From Octopus sinensis (lineage: Eukaryota), in the NCBI RefSeq assembly GCF_006345805.1, contig NC_043024.1:12462001-12526000 (forward strand): a stretch of 64,000 bases of DNA, in the 5' to 3' direction. A program made the translations under genes and the position numbers. Position 1 is the stretch's first letter. Each line of letters starts with the position of its first letter. Below, one piece after another: positions 25,791 to 37,660 of the stretch. The notes under the pieces were generated by a model. It was not told the origin of the DNA. It worked only from the letters and a program-made list of their open reading frames with translations, and searched no databases.

Positions 25791-27404
25791 ATATAGTTGA
25801 TGTGTATGTGTGTGCGTGTGTGTGTGTGTTTACATCCCTGTAACTTAGCAGTTCAGCAAAAGGGTCTGACAGAATAAGTACCAGGCTCGAAAAAAAAAGA
25901 AAAATAATGAAAGTGCTGGGTGTCAGTTTGTGCTACTAAAAATCTTTCCAAGGCAGTGCCCCAGCATGGCCACAGTCAACGACTGAAACAAGTAAATAAC
26001 AAACATCACTAACATCACCGCCACCACCACCACCACCATCAAAATCATTGTCACCACCACCACCATGGCCATCATTGCCATCACCACTCATATCCTTTGT
26101 GGGTGGGTGAGGGTGGGGGGCTTCAGAGGAAATACTTTGGTGAGGTGAGGGAGGTGGGAATGTGGTGGTGGTGGTGGTCGTGGTGGGTAACAGAGAATGT
26201 TTCTGGCAGAATTTGTTATTTGAAGCTTAAACTCTTAAGAGAGGAACTACGGAGTGTGTTTCTTCTTTCTTTCTTTCTTTCTTTCTTCTTCCTTTCTTGT
26301 GAAATCAATTTATTTGTTGCCTGCTCAGACGAAGAAGGTGTTATATAGATTGAAAAAGTTGAATGAGATGGTGTCAGAAAGAGGGAGATGGGGGGGAGCA
26401 CTTTGTACTAAGTTGTGAAAGAGGAGAGCAGGGGGCAGCAGGTTCCTGTTTTTATTCACGGAAGCAGAAGGTATTTTGGAATGCTGATGATGATATATAT
26501 TCTAGTTGTTGTTTAGCCCCAGGACTGCTCTGGTTAAGTACACTATAATCCAAATTGTTCCAGATTGGGCCATCCAGTCTTACCATTATTTTTTCTTTTT
26601 GTATAATGGAAATTACAATGCCAACTGTGCATATCTTAAAGGTAAGGTATGTAGTTCAAGGAAGATTTGGCTGTTATTTCTAGCACGTTTAGCAAGCCTG
26701 TAATTGGTTTGGGGTAATGTGTATTCTATATGTTTGTACAAGAGAACATACTTATATGAGCCAAGTATGGAAAAGCAGGAGTTAAATGAAAGATGATAGA
26801 GTGAAGCCTGGTGCAGTCCTCTGCCGAGCCAACCCCTGTCAAACAGTCCAACCCATGCCAGCATAGAAAAGGGACGTTAAGTGATGATGATGATGATGAT
26901 ATATATATACAGAGAGAGAGAGAGAAAAAGAGAGAAAACAAAGTGTAGGTATGCCGCTATATATATATAAAATAAAATACAAAACGGGACAAGAAGGCAA
27001 AACATCCGGACAACAGCTGAAATTACGAGATGATCCGGTTCTTGACTGAAGATAAAAGGCTTTGAATGACCCGTCTGTGTTTTTTTGTATCGTCTATCTG
27101 GATGTTTTGTTGTCCCCTTTTGTATCACCTAGTTGTCCGGATGTTTTGCGTTCTTGTCCCATTTTGTATTGTATTTTATTTTATTTATATATATATATAA
27201 AGGAATTTTGTTAACATCTCCGTTCGACTCCATTCTTTCATTTATTCATATACAACACACAAATTTCTACCATGAACCGGAGTTTCTACCCTTGACCAGG
27301 TTGCTTCAACCGTGTTTTCTGACGTGAATTTGCTACCCAGGTTTCGTTAAACGAATTTTCCATGCTGACAATAAACATAGGATAATTCATTCACCTACTT
27401 AAAT

Positions 27405-27769
27405 ATATATATATATATATTATATATATATAATATATATATATATATTTATATATAATATATATATTTATATATATATATATATATTTTATATATATAT
27501 ATATATTTATATAATATATATATATTATATATATATCTAATATTATATATATATATATATATTTATATAATATATATATATTTATATATATATATATATT
27601 TTATATATATATATAATATTTATATATATATATTTATATATATATATAATTTATATATATATTTATATTATATTATATTTATTATATATATATATATATT
27701 TAAATATACTATATATATATTTATATATCTATATATATATATTTTATATATATATTTATATATATATAT

Positions 27770-27803
<34 letters not shown>

Positions 27804-27841
27804 ATATATATATAATATATATATATATATTTATATATATA
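27405..27841. repeat. ~440-bp almost pure A/T microsatellite tract
   Basis: Interrupted (TA)n with only a few C residues. Confidence 0.95.
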
Positions 27842-28489
27842 TCACACACCCAATAATATAGTCTATTAATGATAATACATGGGTAACTTCAAGATTCCTG
27901 AACAATAACTTATGAGAATAAACTATCAGATGAGAAATGTAACCAGTTTCCAAAAGATAATTTGGGGGTCCAATGCCGGATGGGATTCCGTGTATAAGAT
28001 GTGGGTGTAGAGAGCAAATGTTAATGGATGAAGAAGGGCTATATAAATATATATACCCTCACACGACAACTGCTTGCAACACTGGTTAATATATGCTTCA
28101 ATATCGGAAGTAAGGGATCTCATCAAGACAATTGTTTAGCCGTGGGTGCATATTCTATTTATAAAGGACCAACAGGGCTAAAAACACACCCAGCATTCTT
28201 GCTGGTTGCAGCCAGGAAGACAGTTTTCTCTCTCTTCAAAATATATTCTGTTTTTAGACACAGCATGTCCATAGGACATTTTATCTCAGACAAAAATCAC
28301 AGCAATTTGTCTGTTAATGGTGTATTTTACACTAAGCACAATACATAAATGACTGACTATCTATCTATATCTGTCTGTCTATCTCTCTATCTCTCTCTCT
28401 CTATATATATATATCTGTCTATCTATCTATCTATATATATATATCTGTCTATCTATCTATCTATATATATATTATATATATATATATAT

Positions 28490-29790
28490 CATCATCATCA
28501 TCATCATCATTTAGCGTCCGTTTTCCATGCTAGCATGGGTTGGACGGTTCTACTGGGGTCTGTGAAGCCAGAAGGCTTCATCAGGCCCAGTCAAATCTGG
28601 CAGTGTTTCTACGGCTGGATGCCCTTCCTAACGCCAACCACTCCGTGAGTGTAGTGGGTGCTTTTTACGTGCCACCCGCACTGGTGCCAGACAGAGCTGG
28701 CAAACGGCCACGAACGGATGGTGCTTTTTATGTGCCACCGGCACGAGGGCCAGGCGAGGCTGGCAACGGACACGAAACGGGGCGGTGCTGGCAACGGTCG
28801 CGAAACGGAAAGTTCTCTTACATGCCACCGGCACTGGTAACACATCTGCAATTTCCATTGATCGATTTCCATTGATCGATTTCGATTCTGATCCTCACTT
28901 GCCTCAATGGGTCTTCACAAGCAGAGTTTCGACATGCCACCGGCACTGGTAGCACATCCGCAATTCCATTGATCGATTTCGATTCTGATCCTCACTTGCC
29001 TCAACACGTCTTCACAAGTAGAGTTTTGTGTCCCAAGAAGGAAGGTATGCATACGTAGGCTGGCTCCATCCCATGTAGAAGGCCACGGGTTGTGGACTCA
29101 CTTGTCCTGCCGGGTCTTCTCGCGCACAGCACACTTCCAGAGGTCTCGGACTCTAGTCATTTCCTCAGTGAGACCTAAAGTTCGAAGGTCGTGCTTCACC
29201 CACCTCGTCCCAGGTTTTCCTGGGTCTGCCTCTTCCACAGGTTCCCTCAACCGCTAGGGTGTGGCACTTTTTCACACAACTATCTTCATCCATTCTCGCC
29301 ACATGACCATACCAGCGCAAACGTCTCTCTTGCACACCACAACTGATGCTTCTTAGGTCCAGCTTTTCTCTCAAGGTACTTACACTCTGCCGAGTGTGAG
29401 TACCGGCATTACACATCCATCGGAGCATACTGGCTTCATTTCTAGCGAGCTTACGCATATCCTCAGCAGTCACGGCCCATGTTTCACTGCCATGTAGCAT
29501 GGCTGTTCGTACACACGCATCATACAGTCTGCCTTTCACTCTGTGCGAGAGGCCTTTTGTCACCAGCAGAGGTAAGAGCTCTCTGAACTTTGCCCAAGCT
29601 ATTCTTACTCTAGCAGTTACACTTTCAGCACACCCACCCCCGCTGCTGACTTGGTCACCTAGGTAACGGAAACTATCAACTATTTCTAGTTTTTCTCCCT
29701 GGAAAGTGACGGAAGTTGGTCTCAGAGCATTTTCAGTGTTTATTGTTCCTGAGCATCTGCCACATACAAAAACCATCTTCCTAGTTAGCC
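28490..29790 (-). mobile_element. 5'-truncated RTE LINE: ORF C-terminus, 3' UTR and (ATG)n tail; relatively young
   Basis: About 200 open codons (FRYLGDQVSSGGGC...RLRWYGHVARM...GRGRPRKTWDEV). A single-base frameshift lies near 29200 and the natural stop at 29098-29100. The UTR has a ~75-bp duplication (about 28820 and 28932). Confidence 0.95.
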
Positions 29791-30219
29791 TATACACACA
29801 CATACACATATAATATTATATTGATACGAAATATAATACCTTTGCACTATGTTGGCTTCTGCAAACTGATGCCATCATTTTGCCATGTGAACACAACAAA
29901 AAGGTTTCTTATTGACAAAAAACCCTCGAAGGGCCGGGGTAGGTGCAATATTAATTTACTCTTTAACATAACCTGCAAGAAACACACGACTTATGATTAA
30001 GAGTTCCTTGTTCTGTAGATACGTGTGTTTAAGTGCACGTTTGTGTGTGTGTGTTTATGTGTAAGTGTGTGTGTGTGTGTTGTTATGTTAGATTGTAATT
30101 AACATTTTAGCTCTGATACATTCCACACCTGTTGCCCTTCACTCTCCTCCCTTACAAATATACACGTCTACACCCACACATATGCCATATCCCCATGCAT
30201 AGATACAGTGAAATACACT

Positions 30220-30313
30220 TACACACACACACACACACATATTTATCTGTATGTATACATATATATATATATATATATATATATCTGTATGTGTATATAT
30301 ATATATATCTGTA

Positions 30314-30348
<35 letters not shown>

Positions 30349-30393
30349 GTACATACATATATATATTTATATCTGCATATATATATATCTGTA

Positions 30394-30425
<32 letters not shown>

Positions 30426-30482
30426 ATATATATACACATACATACATATATATATTTATATCTGCATATATATATATCTCTA

Positions 30483-30526
<44 letters not shown>

Positions 30527-30588
30527 CATATATATATTTATATCTGCATATATATATATATCTGTATGTGTATATATATATCTATCTG

Positions 30589-30625
<37 letters not shown>

Positions 30626-30645
30626 AAAGATAAATGCGATACAAT

Positions 30646-30691
<46 letters not shown>

Positions 30692-30775
30692 GTATGTGTA
30701 TATATATATATATATATATATCTGTATGTGTGTGTGTATATATATATCTGTATGTGTATATATATATATGCACAC
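30220..30775. repeat. Compound (TA)n/(TG)n microsatellite with a higher-order unit (tatatatatctgtatgtgtgtg)
   Basis: Read directly from the sequence. Confidence 0.9.
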
Positions 30776-31849
30776 ACATGTCCTGGACCTCTGCTTCACA
30801 AACAACATGGCACTCATCAATAATGTTAAGGTGGCATCAACGCTTTTCTTGGACCATAACTGAATACTGCTAACCACGTATGGCCTGCAGAAGACTAGAG
30901 GTATGCAGGCTACTAGAAGCCCCCAACTCCTCTCCTGCCTGAACTTTCAAACAACTAATTGGAAGGGGACTGGGGAGAGAGGTCATGGAACAGAACTGGT
31001 CTGCCGGGGGGGAAGGGGGTTCAATGCAAGGTATTGAAAGAAAGCGACAACACTTTGTGACCATCATGCATGACAAATGCTGTAAGTATGCTCCAGACAC
31101 ATCTACACATCCATATACTCACATCTACATCCAGACACATCTACACACATATATATATATACACACATGTGACCTCTGACATGCTCGAACGTATGCCTGT
31201 GTGTCTCCCTTACTATATAGTATTACCCCCCCATATGTCAATATGTAATTGTTTTTTTCATTTCCATTAAAACAATATAATATTTGATAGACATAGTCTT
31301 TCTATTGTCAACTATAGTGCAGGACATTTTATGAGTGTATATGTGTCTGTGTGTGTATGTCTCTGTGACTGTGTGTGTGTTTCTGCATCAGGTACATTAT
31401 TAAACACACACACATCTACACACATATATATATACACATGTGACGACTGACATGCGTGAATGTATGTCTGTATGTGTCTCTCTTACTATACGTATGTGAG
31501 AGTGTACGTGTGTCTATCATCACATTTTGTATATGAATGTCTATGTGTGTGTGAGTGTTTGCACATTCATTAAGTACATTATTAAACACACATCTACACA
31601 TATACATACATATGTGACAAGTACGACTGGAGGTGAAACTCTTGACAAAAATCAATCAGGTGGCACATTCAAGGTATATAAAAATACCTGTCTACCGTTC
31701 AATTGCCAGTTCCTAATTAGCACAGCAGTTGCAGGTTTTCAGCAATTTGCTTATATTTGGTTAATTTACTCTGCATACAAAAATACAGACATACAACATA
31801 CACACAGCTGCTTACAAAAATTGAGATTAATGTATATTTTTTTCTATAC

Positions 31850-32245
31850 TCTTTTACTCGTTTCAGTCATTTGACTGCGGCCGTGCTGGAGCACCGACTT
31901 TAGTCAAGCAAATCAACCCCAAGACTTATTCTTTGTAAGCCTAATACTTATTCTATCGGTCTCTTTTGCTGAACCGCTAAGTTATGGGGACGTAAACACA
32001 CCAGCATCGGTTGTCAAGCAGTGATGGGGGGGGATAAACCCGGACACATAAACACACACACACATATATATACATATATACGACAGGCTTCTTTCATTTT
32101 CCGTCTACCAAATCTACTCAGAAAGCTTTGGTCAGCCTGACACTATAGTAGAAGACACTTGCCCAAGGTGCCATGCAGTGGGACTAAACCCGGAACCATG
32201 TGGTTGGTAAACAAGCTACTCACCACACAGCCACTCCTGCGCCTA
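31850..32245 (-). mobile_element. CORE-like SINE, family 1, full length
   Basis: Reverse complement of the 17811-18215 consensus. Confidence 0.9.
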
Positions 32246-32299
32246 TGTCCATAATTTTTTAATTACAATTTTAAAAGAAAATACAAAAGCTCTCCAGAC

Positions 32300-32680
32300 A
32301 CACTTATGAAGCCAGGAGGTTTGCAGAAAACCGAAGGTGAGAGTCTCAAGAGATAAAGTGCATGAGACTTTAAGACAAAGGCAAGCTGCAGCATGTTGGA
32401 TGGAATCTCAAGAGAGAAGGGAGATGAGACTTTGTTAAAATCAGAAAAAGGCAAGCTGCAACATGTTGGATTGTGTCTCAAGGGAGAATTGAGATGAAAC
32501 TTTCCCAAAGACCAGCAAAGGCCATGCTGTAGCACTTAATGGTGTATCATTGAAACAATGTTTAACACGCCAGATTACACAGAAGTCCAATAGAACAGCT
32601 CTCAGAAACAGACAAATTTGTCCTTTACAACTCCTGGAGCTGCTTTCAGATATGGTCCATCCCATTCTCATAAAAATCAT
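32300..32680 (+). pseudogene. Probable Helitron Rep/Helicase N-terminal remnant
   Basis: Degenerate ~60-70-bp repeats translate to LRQRQAAACWMESQERREMRL, followed by AAFRYGPS. This resembles the charged repeats and AAFxY motif I recall from Helitron ORF starts. Confidence 0.5.
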
Positions 32681-35600
32681 AATCCTGTTGAAACTAGTGT
32701 GTGCTAAACTGAAATTGTTTCTGTAAAGCTTTAAGATTTTCTGAGAAAAGTTTTATCAAAATCGATTCACAGAAAACTGAGAAATCCTAAATGTCACTCC
32801 TAGGCTCTTAGCATGGTTCTGAGTATATATGTATATATATGTATGCATACACACACATATATATATAGATACATACACACACGTGTTTGTGAGCATGACT
32901 TAAATGTATCTTATCATAGTTTAATATTACAAACTCTTTCAGATAAGAAACAAAACATTATCTTATCAATATGTTAACAACATCAACAAGAAACCTAAGA
33001 TTACATAATGTTGAAAACACAAGAAGGACATTATCATCTTATTGGCTGTTTTGGGGAAGAAAATAGGGAAAGTTGAAAGAAAAAAATGTATCTCCCCTAC
33101 CCACCCCCACCAACAGTTGTTCATTTGCCATGACCATCCCAACTCATGATATTGTTCAGACAAAATATTCATTATGTTGTCAAGGATTGAACATTATTCG
33201 ATGAATCCTTCATGGGTTGGTGGTGTGATTTGAATTAGATCTGGCTGCTATTTCTAGAAGGTTGAACACCCACTTAGGGGAATCTCCTTCAATAGCATTC
33301 ACAGCAGCAGTAGTAGTTGTGGTATCTCTCCAATAAAATCTGTTTCAGAAAGCAACCACTTGATCTAAACACGGATTTCCTTTCCTGTTTTTAAATGGAG
33401 GCATGTCCCCCCCCCCCAAACACCCCCCAATACATGTTTCCTGGGTTTTTAGATGAAATGTTAAGACGAGGATGGTTTTCAGAACTGCTTTGCAATTGGA
33501 AAAGAAAAAAACGAAAAGGACTAAAAGCAATCCGTATATTGTTGGTACTCTGTAAGCAAACGGGGGGGGGGGGGGAACTCAGGAATTCCAGGGGAATTTC
33601 ATTTTGTGTTTGGATGAAGAGTTTTAAGAGTTATGCATATTCGGCTGAGTGTAAGGAGTGGGTAATAACGGGTGGGAGGAGGAGGAGGAAATAATTTTTT
33701 TAAGATACACACACATATATATATACATACATATGCACACACACACACACACTCATATATGTACGTATAAACATGCACACACACACACACATACATATAT
33801 ATGCATGCACACACGTACATATATATGCATGCACACACGTGTACATACATAGCCACATATACATTTGCACACACAAATTCACAGAGGCATCACTGGTGAA
33901 TAAATACTATTTTCATGTATTTAATCACTCGAGATTCAAACTTTGTACGGTTAAAAGCAAAATGATTTTTAATCTTTTAAATGATGTATGTTTTAATGTG
34001 AAACTTTTAATTAGCTTAATGCAATTACTAGCAATATTAATAAAGTCCCTCCAAAATTACATCATTTAATCTAAAAACAGTTTGAAAAGTTGAGAGTATT
34101 TTTAAATGTAGCATTCAATATTAAATTTCATCTAAGGGGTGCGAGCTGGTAGAAATGTTTGCATGTTGGAGGAAATGCTTAGCGGTATTTCGTCTGCCAT
34201 TACATTCTGAGTTCAAATCCTGCTGAGGTCGACTTTGCCTTTCATCCTTTCGGGGTTGATTAAATAAGTACCAGTTATGCCCTGGGGCCGATGTAATTGA
34301 CTTAATCCATTTGTCTGTTCTTGTTTGTCCTCTCTGTGTTTAGCCCCTTGTGGCTAGTAAAGAAATAGGTATTTTGTCTGTCTTTACGTTCTGAGCTCAA
34401 ATTCCATCGAGGTTGATTTTGTCTTTTATCCTTTTGAGTTTGATAAATTAAGTACCAGTTGCATACTGGGGTCGATCTAATCGACTGCCCCCCTTCCCCA
34501 CCAAGTAGAAAAGAGTATTATATTCCATCTAAGAAAAAACTGTTATTAACAATTTGATTATATCTCATTAAGATTTGTGATGCATAAAAGAAAAACCGCT
34601 CAAGAAATATCTTAGAATAAAATGAAGTTGTGAAAAGATGGACAGATCCAGTGAGCATCCCACGAAGGAAAGGAGAGTGATCACAGTTGACATTTTGTAT
34701 AAAGTTTGTAGCAGAAACATTGGCAAAATCCCAAACAAAATAATCCACAAACAAAATATCCTATCATCTTAAGTTCAACAGAAACACCAAATGCAGACAG
34801 ATGTCACTCTTGCGAGGAACGAAGTTAAGCAGACAGAGACTCCTATGGGAGACACAGAAATTAATGGGATGAGATTATATATACTTGTCCATTGCAGATG
34901 CCAGTGCCACATGGAAAGCACTGATGCTGGTGCCACATGGAAAGCACTGATGCTGGTGCCACATGAAAAGCACTGATGCTGGGCTGCGTGAATGCACCTG
35001 TGCTGGTGGGTTGTAAAAAGCACCCGGAACACTCCGTGATGAGGATGGTGTTAGGAAGGGCATCCAGCAGCAGAAACCATACCACAACAGACAACTGGGG
35101 TCAGGACAGCACCCTGGCTGGCTTGCCCCAGGACAAACCGTCCAACCCAGGCCAGAATGGAAAAACAGACATTAAATGATGATGATGGTATATTTATACA
35201 ATGGGCTTCCACACAGTTTCCATCTATCAAATTCACTCACAGAGCATTAGATGGTCAGGGCCTACAGTAGAAGCTCCTTGCCCAAGATGGTGTCCAATGG
35301 AGCTGACAATGAATCCAAGGCTATACAGTCCTACTTGTACCTATTCCATGTAAGAAAATCTGAGAAAAGAATTCAGTTTGTCCAAACAACTTTTCACACA
35401 AATTGTAAATCGTGGGGGGGGGGGGAATAGTAATTCTGAGGTTGGTTCATTCATTATTGAATGCATTGGTCTTTAATCAGTGAATGACTGTTTCAATAAT
35501 CGCTAGAATCTTTCACATTAATCAAAACGATAACATGATGGGTTCTACATGCAGATTATGGAAATCTGTAAGATATTAAATGGAACTTTCACTAATCACT

Positions 35601-36384
35601 TCATCAGACTAATTTATAAAGGTAATACCAAACGAGAGACTGGTTTTCATAACAGAAATTAGTCAATTAAATATAATAAGGAAGGAAGGACATAGAAGAG
35701 AAACTAATAAATTATAAACAGCAAGTTATCGCGTAATTAGAGATTCAGCAAAGTAGGGAGACTTTATCTGAGACAGATTGTCTTATGAGTTCACCAACGT
35801 TAAATCTATTGTAAACAACCAGGGCCACAAAACAATGTCAAGCCGAGAATTGGAGGCTAAATATGGACAAGTGTAGATGATAGATGGAGAGATAAGAAGA
35901 TGGGAAGAGGAGAGAACGTCTTCGAAGAGGAGCTAGATTACTATTATCCATTCTTGTAATTTGGTAGTTTTAATAAGGTGATAAAAATGTGTAAAGAAAA
36001 TATCAGATAAATACAAAACTAAAAACAAAACAAAAAGATAAGAATGATCTGCCAAAATATAGGGAGTGGATAAAATGTATAATTATGGTCAGAGGGGTTT
36101 TGATTATTTATAATTGAACTAAATATATTAATTAGTTAATGAACAGTTATTAAAGTTGAGATACGAAGAGCATGATGGAGATTCACAACTGATAATGTTA
36201 GAATTAATAAGAATAAGGGTGAAAACTGTAACAATCTAATTCAATTAAATTTTATAATTTTAATAATAATAATAATCCACGAGTCTTTAGGTACAATCCA
36301 ATGTGATTCCAGGTAAATTAATCTTCCTAATATTGTAGACTACTTCCAGCCCTATCCCTGTAACTACACATATATGTATATATA

Positions 36385-36441
<57 letters not shown>

Positions 36442-36456
36442 GTGTATATATATATA

Positions 36457-36495
<39 letters not shown>

Positions 36496-36859
36496 ATAGG
36501 CACATATATACATATATGCATATAAATATATATGTATACATATATATATGCACATATATATATATAGATATATGCAATATGTATATTTATATGCACATAT
36601 ATGCATATATGCACACACATTTATATATATATAGAGAGACACACACATATATCTATACATATATATGCGTATATATATTTCATATATATATATATACGAC
36701 TTTACACATCACATCATATATACATACACACGTCCAGACCTCTCATACGCACTAATACTCTCTCATACACACACACACACTCTTATGTTTGAGTGAGGTC
36801 ATTCAACCCTATTATCTCCCCTAATTTCGCTCTTGCGTCTCATGTTTGATCTTTGACTT

Positions 36860-37140
36860 CTGGCCGAAATCAGATCGCCATGTTGATTCACTAGCTTCTG
36901 CACGCATATTTTTTTTTTCTCCTTCTTTCTGTGTTTTTTCTCTGTGTATCTTTCTGTTGAAGAGCGTAGGCTCGAAACGTTAAAGACTTGTTTTATTTAT
37001 ATTTCCTGAGCGGCATACTAATACAATTGTTTGTTTGTATTCCACCTGCCTTCGTCTTTTGTTTATTTTCATAAAATTGCCTTCGTCTTTTGTCTATTTT
37101 CATAAACCTGCCTTCGTCTTTTGTCTATTTTCATAAAGCT
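36860..37140 (+). mobile_element. Penelope-like fragment with a degenerate hammerhead motif and a 30-bp triple tandem repeat
   Basis: tcttt-CTGTTGA-a-gagc gtag gctc-GAAA-cg-TT-aaaga at 36949-36986; (ctgccttcgtcttttgtctattttcataaa) three times at about 37048-37138. Confidence 0.55.
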
Positions 37141-37193
37141 TCCCGTTATATATATATATGCATACATATACATACATATATATATATATATGC

Positions 37194-37225
<32 letters not shown>

Positions 37226-37565
37226 GCATATATATATATATATATGCATACATATACATATATATATGCATATACACATACATATATATACATACACACA
37301 TACATATATATACATACACACATACATATATAATGCATATACATATATACGTACACACATACATATATACATATACACATATATATACATATACACATAC
37401 ATATGCACATATATATACACACACACATATACACATACATACATATATACACACACATATACACATACATACATATATACACACACACATATACACACAT
37501 ACATACATACATACACACACATATACACATACATACATACATACATATATATAATATATATATAT

Positions 37566-37623
<58 letters not shown>

Positions 37624-37660
37624 ACATATACACATATCTACATATACACATATATATATG
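37141..37660. repeat. Large (TA)n/(CATA)n compound microsatellite
   Basis: Read directly from the sequence; source of the 150-250 aa pseudo-ORFs. Confidence 0.95.

Noticed and set aside
29840-29972. Minus-strand segment with a good acceptor and donor
   Set aside because: It has stops in all three frames. It could be a UTR or lncRNA exon, but such sites arise by chance in AT-rich DNA.
30132-30823. Several 70-190 aa Y/I/C/V/H/T-rich ORFs (also 14000-14430, 16588-17003, 23259-23619, 36287-37821, 53405-53751)
   Set aside because: These are translations of (TA)n/(CA)n microsatellites, which lack stop codons.
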